The translations under genes were made by a program, and so were the position numbers. This document shows positions 26,311-40,670 of a stretch of 64,000 bases of DNA, in pieces. Below the pieces are notes generated by a model. The model saw nothing but the letters and a program-made list of their open reading frames with translations. It was not told the origin of the DNA and did not search any database. Source of the DNA: the human T2T-CHM13v2.0 reference genome, Homo sapiens; assembly GCF_009914755.1 (NCBI RefSeq), contig NC_060929.1; one strand, 5' to 3'. How positions within the stretch are numbered: the first letter of the stretch is position 1; each line of letters opens with the position of its first letter.

Positions 26311-26894
26311 GTACCATCATCCCAATCACAGCTGAAATAAGAAGGCCCTTACTCACTAAACTTTGAGAACTCCTCTTTATTAATACTAAAAAAGAAAAAA
26401 AAAGTCCAGTAATGTATTCAGCAAGCTTATCATCCTTCCCAAGTATTCTGTCTTTGAAATCACATTTAATACTCGACCACACTTTCTCTTTTATCATAGA
26501 CTTTCTCTTTTTACTTGATGTAATTTATCAGAAGGTATACTGCAGACCCAGGATGAATAGTATTTTGAATTCCTCTTCTGACCCCACAATCTTTAATATT
26601 CCAATCCATTATAAATTCAATTTCTAGATATATTATTCTTAGATATATTTGGATTTTCTTGTCAAAGCTTTAGATGATTTCACATTTCCATTTCTTACTT
26701 CTACAAATTACATTTCTCTCTCTAACAGTTAATGCTATATAAATGTGAACTCCTATTTCTTTAAGCTTATGTTTCTCTCATCACAACATATTTTCTTTGT
26801 CAAAAAGAATCACCACAATATTTATGTGGTACATATATCATATATGACTTTATTGTTTTGGTTTTCTTATTTAACTGCTATTTTCCTTTAAATC

Positions 26895-27090
26895 TGGGTT
26901 TACCAGATAAAATAGAAGATGATCAGTTATGTTTAAAGTTCAGATAAACAGTGGTTAACTTTTAGTAGAAATATATACCAAATATTGCATGAGGCATATT
27001 TACACTAATACATTATCCATTGTTTATCTGAAATTCAAATTCAACTAGGCATCTTGGGTTTGTTGCTTGTTTTGCTAAATACACAAACTA
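26895..27090. mobile_element. MER53 palindromic DNA element
   Basis: ccagataaaata...ttcagataaaca // tgtttatctgaaattcaaatt...tttgctaaat inverted arms. Confidence 0.82.
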
Positions 27091-27919
27091 CATTTAAATT
27101 GCTACCTATTTTTAAGTCTAGACTTAAATGATGTATTCTATAAACATTTCCATTTCTTCACTAGTAGTCGCTTATTCATATTCTCTGAATGTTAACCTAC
27201 ATTCTGTAAAATAGGATTTTATAATTAATTATGTATAAAATACATACACATATTACATTAAATAAATGAACTTTAATTGCATTAATTTCCCACCTAAAGG
27301 TAGATATGTTATCTTATTTATAATTCTTCCAGCAATTGTAATATAAATCTTAACCATCACCAATTGCTTATGAAGATTATTACAGTTTGCTAACATTTTA
27401 TGTTAAATATTTATTTTAATTTTATTTCAAATGAATACTTTTCAGAAGGGATATTGACGATGATTTGTTGCTTCAGATTTAAAGAAGTAATAAATGTCAC
27501 ACATAGACAAAATATGAAAACAGAATGCAAGAGACCTCATGCCCCTTACTTAGTCCCTTTCCAACTCCTTCTTTCTGTATACTTTATTTTCTCCTTTAAT
27601 TCCCATTCTCTTTCATAATAATTTAATTTGTGGCTTTATTTTTTTCTCCTGAGCTGCTAATAAAAATTAATTATTTTCCTCCTATCTTTTGTAACTTCAG
27701 TCTATTCTTTTATAATCAGTGGCATCTATCTGAAAGCATACCTGATTATTTCAGTATGCTGACTATAATTTCAGTGATGTACACTGTCTTCATGAGAGCT
27801 TTAATCAACTTAGCATCATATACTGTCACCTGCCTCTCCAGCCACACGTTCCATTATTCCTTGCCTTATGGTGTAGCTTTTGTAAAAGATTACTCAGATT
27901 ACATGTTGTGCCAAGATTC

Positions 27920-28260
27920 CATGACTTTTATCTTGCTCTTTCCTGTCAAGAAGGCTTTTCCTTCATTTATACTCATTGTTAATCTCCATTATTCTTTTAA
28001 GCCTCTGTTCAGAATGACTCTCCTCTACTCACCCTGAATGTCCAGGCTCTCGCTGATGTCCATTCATCTGTGTTCACATATCATCCTGTAAATAAGTCTT
28101 TATTAATATTTTTGAAGTATACAGAATACCTGCTTTAATTTTTGTTTTCTTTAGTTCAATCAATATTTTTCAAAGACAGGGGACTGACTTATCTTTATAT
28201 TTAAATAACCTAGGAACTGATCTGATGTCAGCGCTGCATTAAGAACATCTTTGCATAAAA
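27920..28260. mobile_element. L2 3' fragment, very degenerate
   Basis: Weak similarity only (pyrimidine-rich; agacaggggactgacttatcttt). Confidence 0.4.
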
Positions 28261-28740
28261 GAATTTATGTCAAAGTATGAGAATAAAGAGAAAGAGTGAA
28301 GTTTGTGTTTCACAGAGTTTTATAAACATAAAACATATACTTTAGTCACTTTGAAAGAAAACAGTAACAGAAAATAATACTGTAGGTTGAATAATAAACT
28401 CATAGGAATTACAGGGATGAACACAATTTTATTGTTTATAAGCAAGATGTAAAATACATTAGAATAAAATATGTCAATAAGTCACTTAAGTTCAGGCAGT
28501 CCTTGAGAATCTCCTTTACATATTTCTTAAAATTATCTATTAAGATTTGGATTCACAAAAAAAGAATAAAATTCATATCATATTTTCTTTCATAAAATCT
28601 GAAATAGAATAATTACATTTTGAAATATAAAATTGTAGTTTCAAAAGAAATGGATATATTTTGTTAATATAATTACTCTTCCTAATGAGATATCCTTTCC
28701 TCATAAATGATCAAACCCATAAATTAGAATAAAAGATCTC

Positions 28741-29042
<302 letters not shown>

Positions 29043-29329
29043 AGAATAAAAGATCTCAATGATCTTAAGAGATCTTCAGGTTACTAATCTTAGCTTGGTT
29101 ATTATTAAAGTATTTATTCTTTATATGCCAACTTAGAGCTTCTAGAAACCTCAACGTATATGCAGATATAGCTTCCAAATTTACCAAAATTATAAAGATT
29201 TTAAAAATATGTCAAATTTAAAAATTGTGTCCTAGAGGTGTAAAAAAGAAATTATAGTTTTTATCTTGACAAAAAAAATATTCTTAGGGCACATATATTG
29301 AATTCAACTGCTATACCAGATATCTTCAG

Positions 29330-29500
29330 CTATTATTTCATTCATCACATAACAGCAAACCAAATCACTTTTACAGAGGAGAAAATCGGGTGGCAAAGCT
29401 TAATCTAAAGTCACACTGCTTATGATTGGAAAGAGCTGAATTTGAATGCAGTTTTATCTAGTGTCAAAGACAAGCTGATGCTCTTCACGTAGCACCTTGC
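29330..29500 (-). mobile_element. MIR, degenerate
   Basis: ttttacagaggagaaaa...aagtcacactgct...agagctgaatttgaa. Confidence 0.5.
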
Positions 29501-31932
29501 TGAACCCCATGCATCGTGTTCTAAAAGAGAAACACCAGTGAGTTTCTTGCTGGGCATGTAGATAAGTTTTGGATCTTTAAGTTCAAAATGATGTTAACTA
29601 GACTTTTTCTCCTACCTGTTAGTATCATTTCAAACTCTTTCTGAATATTCTTTAATGCTGTTTCAGCATTTATCTTTTATATAAAGAAATCTTTTTGCCC
29701 AAACTTTATTACCATTTAGAATAATCAAATCAGGGAAATAAATGTTGTTTATATCACTTAGGCCTCCATTATGATGAATTCCCATCAGCAGTTTTCAGAA
29801 GCTATCTTCATTTACTCTTCCAAGTGCTTTGAAATCCTCTAAAATGATCATTTATTTCCCTAGTCACTAACAGTAATCTAGGCAATGTGTCTTTCCCAAC
29901 TGCCAATAATACTGATTTATATGTTCTGTTTGAAATTTTCATGTTACAATCAAATGGTAATTTTATTTCCCTGCTCAGTTACTTGCTGAAAATTAATAGA
30001 ATTTGTTTACACTTCGCCCTGTAGAACAATATGTACTTCAGGCAAAAGTGTATTGTAAAGGAGAAAACATATTTTTTTTACAGCCCTGTATACAGCCAGA
30101 ATCAGTTTGTGAGTCTAATATTATCACTGTAACCTGAAAATAAATCAGACTTATTAGTGTGGAAACAAGACCTGTTAATATGACAAATGTATAGTATATG
30201 TACATGTCCAGGGTTTTATTTTGTTTTTAAATATCAAACTCTGTGTCTATAACAAATAATCAAAATGTTACAATTACCTTGCTGTAGCATGTTTGAATCA
30301 ATACATGAGGCCTGAAAGAAATGCAGAAATGCCACATTTATTACTACTATGAATATTGTATATTATTGCCAGTACTTACACAGAAGTGCTTCCCACAAGG
30401 AAGTTTACAAATGCAGAAATAATTTGATGAGAAAGAAGTTACTCAAAATAATTTCCAAATGCAGTCAAGTTTAATGTGACAGAAAATGTGATTAATGTTA
30501 ATGCTAGCAGAGAGAGATCCTCATGGCAATTCAGTTAAATGTTACTATTTCCATTCTCCAACAGTGGAAAATGTGTGAGGTAGAAAAGGCGTATAGTTCT
30601 TCAAATATCAGATAGTGAATGTTTCAGTAACATAAATAAAATATTTCTCTTTTAGTGGGGAATTAGTTCAAAAACATGGAAAATGAATTAGATTTTCAGT
30701 TATTAATTGCATTTTATAGAATACAATTGTGACATCAAGTATACAAAAATCCAAGGGACACATATAACTATCAAACTTATTTCTGTGTTGGCTAATTTAT
30801 ACTATTCATTTTTTTCCAAGGACTTCAAGAGTTCATTAAGCCACGCTGAAAAGTTTACTTTCCAAAAATACAACATAACCCCCTAAGACTCCAAAATGAT
30901 GTAAAATTTATTTATTTTTCTGTTATAGCATAGCTGAAACAGTGTGCATTTGCAATCACAGAATGAGTAATTGGAAAGATTTAGAGGTCACCAAAAGCAA
31001 GTTACCTTCCATCCCTCCCTTTTTGTCATTTAACCAGGCGAAAGACTCCTTGTACCTCGCAACAGAATGCCTCTGGGCATGTACTATATTGGATTTTATG
31101 TCAGGTCATGCAGGGCTGGTAATGAACTCTGAGCAGTACACTCCGAACATAACAGATAATGTAGCTTTGAATCATTAAATTAGTTTTCTGTCATCTAAGC
31201 CCATACTAAATGACACTTGTTTTCTCAAAGTCTATAAATGATTGATGGTCTGATATTTTAAAATACTCAGAAGGCATTCTTAACTGTAACTCCTCTAGCT
31301 GACTGCATGTGTTAGAAATAACACATTTATCTCTATCTCTCTCAATAAACAGTGAACATATGTCATTAGAAAATTACTTGTCATATATGTATGTTAGAAC
31401 ACTGAATTTGTTTGAGAACCTCACTGCTATGTAAAAGGCTAGTATTTATTCTAAGTACTAAATATGAATACTTATACTGTACTTATTTTGTATTATAGCT
31501 GTATCAAAAAGTCTAAGAAACTCTAAATTTTTATTATGAAATAATTTCACATATACAGAGAAATATAAATAATACTGTGGGAAGCATTACAGTATACCTA
31601 ACAAACACCTACATTTAATGATTGTTCAATTTTTGCTATATTTGCTTTATTTACTTACACAAAAAATCAAATATTGAAAAGCTAAAATATTTACAATTAT
31701 TTACAGCTATTATAACATTTTACTTCTCAGGTCTTTAACAAATATGCTCAAATCATAGAGAAAATTTTTTTCATTTAACGACAATTCAATTATCATGCTA
31801 ACAAAATCAGCAATAATTCTTAATATTATCTGCAATGCATTCCATTTCTTATTTTCTCAACTTTTTCCCAAAATGCCATTTGCTTCCCCCCAAACAAAAA
31901 ACCTTATGTTGATCTCCACAAATGCAGCAAAA

Positions 31933-33370
31933 GCATTTTATTTGTTCTCACACTGCTATAAAGAACTACCAGAGACTGGATAATTTATAAAGAAAAAAGG
32001 TTTAATTGGTTCATAGTTCTGTAGGCCCTACAGGAAGCATGGCTGGGAAGACCTCAGGAAACTTACAATCATGACAAAAGGCAAAGGGGATGCAGACATA
32101 TCTTTCATGTCTGAAGCAGTGGGTGGGAGTGCAATACACTTTTAAACAACCACATTTCATGAGAACTGACTTTGTGTCATGAGAACAGAAAGGGGGAAGA
32201 CTGCCTCTGTGATCCAATCGCCTCCTACTAAGCCCCCACTCCAACCACTGGAATTACAATTCGACATGAAATTTGGGTAGGGATACAAATTCGAACCTTA
32301 TCTTTCCATTCCTATTTCTTCCAAAATCTCATATCCTTCTCACAATTCGAAAATATAATAATCCCTTCTCAATGGTTCCCCAAGTATTAACTCATTTTAG
32401 CATTAACACAGAAGTTCGTAGTACAAAATCTCATCTGAGACAAGGAAAGTACCTTCCACTTATGACCCTGTAAAATCAAAGACAATGTAATTACTTCCAA
32501 GATACAATGGGGGCATATGCATTGAGTAAATACACCCATTTCAGGAGGGACAAATCAGCCAACACCAAGTGGTTGCAGGCCCCAAGCAAGTCTGAAACCC
32601 AGCAATGCAGTCATCTAATCAAAAATCTCCAAAATAATTTCCTTTGACCCCATGTCTCACAGCCAGTCCCCAGTGATGCAAAGGGTGGCCTCCCATGAAC
32701 TTGAGCAGGTCCACTTCTGTAGCTCTGCAGGGTAGAGCCCCTGTGGTTGCTTCCGATGGCTGGTATTAAGTGCTTGTGGCTTTTCCAGGTGCATGGTGCA
32801 AGCCATCAGTGGGTGAGTCATTCTGGGGTATGGAGGATGGTAGCCCTCTTCTCACGGCTCCAATAGACAGTGCCCCAATAGACAGGGACACTGTATGGGG
32901 GCTCCAGCCCCACATTTCCCTTTCACACTGCCCTAGCAGAAGTTCTCCATGAGGGCTCTGCCTCTTCATCAGACTTCTACCTGGACACCCAGGCATTTCC
33001 ATACATTCTCTGAAATCTAGGCAGAGGCTCACAAGCCTCAACTCTTGCCCTCTGTGCACCCAAAGGCTTCACATCATGTGTAAGCCTCCAAGGCTTAGGA
33101 CTTTCACCCTCTGGATCAGTGGCCTGAGAAGTATCTGGGGCCCATTTAGTCACAGATAAAGCTAGAGTAGCTGGGACTCAGGGAGTAGTGCCCAAAGGTT
33201 GCACAGGGCAGCAGGGACCTGGTCATGGCCCATGAAATCATCCTTATCTCCTAGACATTGGGCCTGTGATGGGAGAAACTGCCACAAAGGTCTCTAAAAT
33301 GCCTTTGAAAGGTTTTCCTCAGTGTCTTCACTTTTAACATTCAGCTCCTCTTTACTAATGCAAATTTTTA
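31933..33370 (-). mobile_element. MSTA LTR (31933-32303) plus truncated internal region
   Basis: tgctataaagaactacc...caggaagcatggctgg; internal aaatctcatctgagacaagg...tgaaatctaggcagagg. Confidence 0.9.
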
Positions 33371-33379
33371 CTCTTGCCC

Positions 33380-35585
33380 CACTGGTATCAGTGAAATTAT
33401 AGTCTCATACATCAGTGGAACAAAATATAGAATCCAGAAATATATCAAGCTTTATAGTAATTGATACTAGCAAAGGTTAAAGTGCAATAAAATGGGGGAA
33501 TGGTGCTGAAAATATCAGACATCATATACAAAAAAACAAACCTTGATTATGCCTAATGACTTAGATCAAAATACTGCAAAATAAATTAGAGGACTAAATG
33601 TATAACCTAAAACTAACTTGTAAAAGAAAAAAAACTAAAAGACCACTTTCGTTACATTAGCTTATGTAAGGTTTCTTGGATATTACACCAGAAGCACAAC
33701 TCCTACAGGAATATTTGATAAATTTGACTTTAAAACAATTAAAACCTGCTCTGTCAAAGATAATTTTAAGAAAATTACACAAGAATGCAATTAGAATAAT
33801 GTATTTACAAACGTGTAAACCAAATATAAAATTTTAAGTTTCCCAACCAACAGAATGTACCTCTCTTCTTGGGCATTCCAAAGTTAACCTGAAACACTAG
33901 TTCAGGCCATGATGGGAATTCGTGGTTGGACTTGTCTCATTATATCCTCTTTCCTATGGAATTCCAGCATAACTGACAAGCATTAACATTAAAACAGAGA
34001 CCTTAAGACTGACAAAGCAGACTCTTTATAGCAATAAGATACCAATGTGACAGATAGCAGGCCCTGAAAAAAATTGAAGTATTTTATACCAAAATATATG
34101 TCTTTGATATATTTTAAAACGGCCCTGCAAAGCCATTCTTTGTGGAAGAAATCTACTTTCTAGAAAAAATCCCCTTCCATTTTCAGGCCTTTTTTCCTAA
34201 CCCAGGAGAGAATTAAATAAGAGCCCAGCACCTTTTTAAGTCTGATAAGAAGCATTTACAATCTATTCTCTCAGAAGCCTGCTATGGGGAGGTTTCATTT
34301 GCACAATAGGAACCTTAGTCTCCACAACCCCTTATCTTATCCCAGACACTCTCTTCTATTGATTCCAGGTCTTTAGATAAACTTTTTCAACCAGTTGCTA
34401 ATCAGAAAATCTTCGAATCTACCTATGACCTGGAAGCCCCGACTTTGAGTTGTCCCACCATTCTGTATGAACCAGTGTATACCCATATATTGATTGATGT
34501 CTTTTGTCTCCTAAAATGGATAAAATCAAGCTGCAGCTCAACCATCTGGGGCATATGTTCTCAGAATATCCTGGGGCTGTGTTATAGGGCAATGCCACTC
34601 ATATTTGGCGCAGAATAAATCTCTTCAAATACTTTACAAAGTTTTACGCCATCAACACATGTATCTAGTAAAGAACAAATAGCCAGAATATACATAGAAC
34701 TTGCAAAATTCAATAATGAACAACTCATTATTAATAATGAGTTGTTATTATAAAACTTACACCTATTTTCTTATAAAATAAGAAAAATATTTGGACAGAT
34801 ATTTTAATAAAGATTTATATATTAGAGGCAAATATACACATGAAAAAATAAGAACATCATTAATCTTTAGGGAAACGTACACTTAAACTTTTTAGGACAT
34901 CTAAAAAAATGTTTCAAGATACGAAGTTCTGATTAGGATGTGGAATCCCTGAAAAAAATCATACATTGTTGGTTAGAATATAAAATGAAACATCATTTGG
35001 GAAAATACCTTGGCACTTTTCATTAAATAAAATATATTTTAGCCATATATCCCCACACTAATATATGTATTTAAGAATAATGAAAACATATGCTCACCCA
35101 AAAACCTTATGCAAACATTTTAGTGGCTCTATTTATCATTGCTAAAACCAGAAAACAACCCAGATGGATGAGCAATTTCTGATATATCCAGGCAGTGGGA
35201 GAGTACTCAGCACAAAAAAAAAAAAAAAAAAAAAAAGAAAGCCACTATAAAATTGATTGGTATATGCAACAATATGGATAAGTTTCTAATTCATTATAAA
35301 AACAAAAAAAGGAAACAAAATAAAAAGTTTCAGGCTCCAAAGGCTATACACCATATGCTTTAATTTATAAGACATTCTAATAAAGAAAAGCTATGAAGAT
35401 ATTACCTGGGAATTGGATAAGATATTAGCTTCAAATAGAAGAGAAATTGGGGAATAAAGAAATTATTTTATATTATGATTTTGATGCATATAACATGACT
35501 AATTTTGTCAAAATTCACAGAGCTGAGCACTGTAGAGTGAATTCTTTGTATGTTAACTGTACTTCCATAAACTTAACAATAATAA
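33380..35585 (+). mobile_element. Old L1M (L1MC/MD-like) ORF2 3' part and 3' UTR, split by MER4D
   Basis: tggaacaaaatatagaatccagaaat...aatgaaaacatatgctcacccaaaaacc; A-rich. Confidence 0.7.
33814..34657 (+). mobile_element. MER4D-type ERV1 solo LTR
   Basis: tgtaaaccaaatataaaatt...ttaacattaaaacagagacc...cagaataaatctcttcaaata...tcaaca. Confidence 0.9.
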
Positions 35586-35839
35586 ATATATGCATCCATG
35601 TGTATATGTGCATTTATTTTCTACACACTCATATATTAATTATTATCTAAAATGCTGTATTCCATTTTCATATATGTTGCTTTTGGTCTTGCTTTTTACA
35701 TTCAGTAATATGACATCCGTATCAACATATAGATGACTTCCCTATTAAGACAATGCCTTTTCAGATGCTTTTAGGTAAAAATTCAGTCAGTCTAATCTAA
35801 AATGGTCCCTGATTTTTCTGTGTGTATACATATATAGAC

Positions 35840-35990
35840 AGAGTCTGGCACCTTGTTAAGTTTGATAAGGAACATTTACAATCTATTCTCTCTGAAGCCT
35901 GCTACGGGGAGGCTTCATTTGCAGAATAGGAAACTTAGTTTCTGCAGCCCCTTATCTTATCCCAGACACTCCCTTCTATTGATTCCAGGT
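35840..35990 (+). repeat. 151-bp isolated copy of MER4D interior (34220-34370)
   Basis: Ungapped alignment, about 17 mismatches by hand count. Confidence 0.9.
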
Positions 35991-36170
35991 AAAAGCTCAT
36001 ATACACACATTTGTGGTGGGGGGGCACCAACAAAAATACCTAATGGTTACACCTATGGCATTGCGTGTACATACTATTTTAAGAATATGTTTGTGTAAAG
36101 GCTCTTTAAATATGTGGGAAGTTATGATAAACTGGATTCGATTACATGTTAAGAATAATGTTTTGGGCAT

Positions 36171-36561
36171 TGTAGTAGTTTTCTACGGATATTATAACAA
36201 AATGCCACAAACTAGGGGGGTTAAAAACGAGAGATTTATATTTTTACAAGTCTGAGGATAGGAAATCCAAAATCAGGACATTGGCAGGTTGAGTTTCTCC
36301 CAAGGCCTTTCTCCTTAGTTTGCAAGTGGCTGACTTTTTGCGTGTCCTCACATGGTCTTTTCCTCTATGCGTGACCATCCCTAATGTCTCTTTCTCTTGT
36401 TTTAAAGACACTGACCATATCGGAGAAGGGTCCCACCTTATATGACCTAATTAACCATCATTATCTCTTTAATGGCCTTGTCTCCAAATATGGTTACATT
36501 CTGAGGACTAGGGGTTGTAACGCCAAACATAAATTTGCAGGTGCCATAATTCAGCCTAACA
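36171..36561 (-). mobile_element. MLT1B-type solo LTR
   Basis: ataacaaaatgccacaaact...gtgtcctcacatgg...acattctgagg...aattcagcctaaca. Confidence 0.85.
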
Positions 36562-37652
36562 AGAATACTGAATTATGTAGTGAAAAATTTGTTGTGTATG
36601 GATTCAGAGACTTCAGTTTTAATTCTAGTTCTAGTACTTGGTAACCTGTGATAAGTAACTTAATTCTCCCAACCAAGGCTTTCTTCATGTCTAATGGAAG
36701 GGGGGTAGGATTAAGCTAAATTAATTGCTTTGAAAATTAGAGAAAAAATTTGTGATTTGCTGGACACATGCCAATAAATATGTCCTCTTGTTGAAATAAT
36801 TAATGTTTCCTCTCATTTCACAGAAAGAACAAATTTGACAAAATATGCACTTTTTAGCATAATTTTGAAGAAAAGTGGCTAATTTTATTAAAATTTGCAT
36901 GTGTGTGTTTATGTCTAACACTGAGCATCTTAACTGGGTACCATGAATGACTTGCAGGTTCCTGAGATATTGATATTCTCAAAACCAGGTTTTGAACAGC
37001 CCCTTCTTTCTCCTCAAGTTTGTTACACAAATATCATCATTTTCTGTATTTGCATTTTATACAGAGGTTTGAGAAGCTCCATCTTTACAAGAACATACTC
37101 ATATTTGAATAATGTTAAGGTGCACATAAAATTAAATTAGTTTATTTCAGTATAATATACAAATGACAAGGAATGAGAATTTTCAAGAAAAGTACAACGT
37201 TTAGGATAATATAAAGAGGTTTTTAAATGTTGTTTAAACTTTGTACAATAATTACAAATCTAAAGATAACCTTCAATTTTGATACTTAAAACTATTTTCT
37301 CATTGAAATGAATCTGTGATCCAACTTTATAGGAAATTCAAATAAATATTTTTTCTGCATTATCAACATAAACAAAAATACTTGCATGAAAGTAGGTATC
37401 ACAGATAAAAAGTAAAAAGATGGCTTTTTTGTAGCTGACATCCATTCTTCTAATTTAATGAAGGCAGGAAAGTAATTTTTAATAGTCAACAAACTGTAAA
37501 TAACATGATACAAAATTGGCTTATTCACATAATCTTCTCAATAAAAACCTATATTTAATTTTTCCCAGCTGCAGTCCATTTCTAAATTTATGACGGGTCT
37601 CAGGAAAAAAAGACTAGCAACTGCATTAGCCTTTTGCTCTTCTGATTACACA

Positions 37653-37686
37653 GGAATGCCATCTAGTGTCAAAACAGTAACTGCAT
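37653..37686 (-). promoter_or_regulatory. Candidate CTCF site with upstream motif
   Basis: Minus strand TGCAGTTACTGTTTTGACACTAGATGGCATT: core CACTAGATGGCA with TGCAGT at canonical spacing. Confidence 0.65.
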
Positions 37687-40230
37687 CCTTTCTGTCCGGT
37701 GGAATATTACTGATTGCTTATGGGGGAAAAATGATAACATTTCACACTACTTTTCTGTAAAACATGCTTTAAAGAAATATATCACAATGAATATTTGGAG
37801 ACTGCTTGTCTATAAATTAGCAATATGAAGAATGTAGCCCAAGTAGGCTTTAGTTATTTTTTATAGAGCAAATTAAATTAAGTTTAATTTCACACAAAAA
37901 GATTCAAGTCATTCTTTATAAGCAAATCATATTTAAAGCAGGAATTATCCAACAAGCTCAATGTTTCCACATTTTGTATTTTAAAGTATACAACAATTCA
38001 GAAATACACCAAAATGTATTTTCTTTTTTGTCGTTGTTCATAATTTGTCTCTTATTAATTTCTACTAGAAATTCAGGAAATCAGTAAATGTAAATCTAGT
38101 TGAAAGATTATCTGGAATTGAAGTCATTTTAAATAATACTATTTATTAAATGCTTACTACTAAAATGATGTTTCATTTGTAATTTTTAATATAAATTTGT
38201 GCATTCTATTTAGTATCAGTAATACTTCTTGAAAGTATTGAGATAATCAAAATGAAAATGAAAAACAAATTTATTAATTGAGTTTATTAGTTTCTGCTTT
38301 TGTAGCTGATTTATATGAATAAGAGAATTTTCAGACACTTCATTTTTTCCCCTAGGGAGCCAGTTTTCTGTTATAAGTGTAATGAAGTATCGCTTCATTA
38401 ATTAATTTTCTGTTTTGTAGATCAGTGTTTTACAAATGGTAGCATGTACTTGTGTGGAATTTGGTAATAAATAGCAGGAGATAAAGGTGTAGATGAAAAG
38501 CAGATTTGTCTGGTGGCAGAAATTGTGTAAGAAAAGGAAAGGAGGCAATAGATAATGAAGCGAGTTGATACAAGCAGCCACAGTGGTTTATTTTTCTGGG
38601 TCTGTACAACACAGTTGAATTTACCATGAGTAGAGACTTGGCTATTAAATAATGGCCTGCATATGGCTTTCCTTTTTAGCTCCAACATTGAGCTACTATA
38701 GGAAAATTCGGAAAATTCTGCAAAAAGGAGCACCCTCAAGCACTTGCAACTAAGAAACTGACCCAAGACTAGGGCCAGCTGTAACCTGTATCTAGTGTAG
38801 CACCATCTGCCCTAAGATGGAATTTTAGGTACAAGCTACCAGTTCTGACTTAACTTGATATAGTGAAAGGCAGAGTTAAAACTCAGTTCTGAAGTCAGGC
38901 ACACATGATTGTTAGTTGTTCCTTTCCTATGTACTATGTGTAATATAAAATAATCAACTTACTTTTCAGGTTTGTTGGAAAAAAAAGTTAGCTGCCATGA
39001 CTAGCACATTACAGAGGAAAGTGATATAAAAAATAATTTAAATGAATTCCTATATTAATAAGAGAAAAAAACCAGGATTCAAACCCAGCTCTTACTGATT
39101 TTAAAATCCATTCTTTTATCCTGTAACACAAACACATCTCTAAGCCAAGTTCTATAGATGTTAACTATATACATTAGATAAAATCACTTTAATCATTGTT
39201 CATGTTGGTAGAATAAGACAGTAGTGTTGTCTATGTATTGCTTTTTTTGCATTAAATATTTTGAATTATAGAAGAGAAAATATTAAATATGATTTATTTC
39301 ATCATCTTGCCAAAAGTTCAGTAGGGAGTGAATGGTTAAAAAAATTAGTAAAGAATTAAAGCTTTTGTGAGAGAAATATCTAGATTAATGGTGAAGAGTA
39401 AGTCAAAACTAATACTGGAAGTGACAGCAGAAAGTATTAATAGAGGAGGTAATAAGTGACATAAGTCTGGAAGGATCAGTAGATGCTCACATGGGAGACC
39501 AGGGAAGGGGAGGTCAGTGCATATGGAGGAAGCAATACAAACTGAGACATATATATTAGCTTGATATAGTCAGGGTATTGCAAGTAGTTTATTAAGCTTG
39601 TAAAGTTGTGAGGGTTACATGAAGTAATCCATGTAAATCATTTTGGACAGTTCTTCCTGGTCAATAGCAAATACCTCACAAATTTAAGCTATATTATATA
39701 ATAATAGGCCAAGGTGGGAAAAGAATATAGCAGAAGATAAAGCCAGCAAGGTATGCAAGTGAATTATCTCCAATTATCTATTACAAACTCCCATAAATAC
39801 TTTTTCTTTTCTGTAGATAATAGAAAGAGAAATAAGAATTATAATTTGAGTGGGTCAGGAAAAACTATGACTATTAGAAGGATCTCTCTGTTAGCTAGAG
39901 TAGGGAGAATTGATTAGAAAATAATGTGAGGCTGTCAAGGTACAAAAGGTATGGTCAAGGCAAGAACCTAGACAATAGTCGAGTGATAGGAGAAATCCAT
40001 AACTGAAATTTCACACAACAAAGTAGACAGAACAGTGTCAATGACAGGACCTAGAGAGAAAAGTCAAGAATGACCTATTAACTTGAGTGATGATTTCACC
40101 AGGAAATTCAGAGCTAGAGAAACATTACTAATAAGACACAAAAATAGAAGCATCAGCTCAACAGTCAACACAAATCTCATCGCCCCCAAACTGGAAGCAC
40201 ATTAATTACACAGTGTTTAAAAATGCTAAC

Positions 40231-40670
40231 TGTTCCAGGTTGGTTTCTGAGGACAACAGAAGGGGCAGAGACTGAAATCCTGGAGTTTCATCAGAGAGTA
40301 TGCCTGGGATTTGAGGAAGAGCTAGGAAGAAGCAGGGTTAGAGAGAGGTGGGAGTTCACTTGTGCTGTGGTCTCAATAAAGGCCTGTTTGCCCCATGCAG
40401 ATCACTAAAACTGAGATGGTTCCACAGAGTTTTCTTTCCTTGTGTCAATTTTATGTATCTTTATATTACTGTATTAACTGGGTGATAGATTTGGGCTGCA
40501 CCAGAAAGATCCAAGACTCTTCACAGTTTCTTAGGCCAATGCACTTTCCCCAGAGAGCTGATGAGTGAAAGATGTGGACTGCTGCTGGCACTTCTGGAAC
40601 CTGGAGAACACTCCTTCTCTACTGAAGGGGAAAGTGTGCATTTGGGACAATGTTTCTTATGCCACCAGTT
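40231..40670 (-). mobile_element. LTR16A-like ERVL LTR
   Basis: tgttccaggttggtt...gaagaagcaggg...ctgagatgg...cagagtt...ctgaagggg follows the LTR16A order; degenerate. Confidence 0.6.

Noticed and set aside
27400-28037. Hydrophobic 72-aa and 135-aa ORFs
   Set aside because: Composition reflects T-rich non-coding DNA; no recognisable family.
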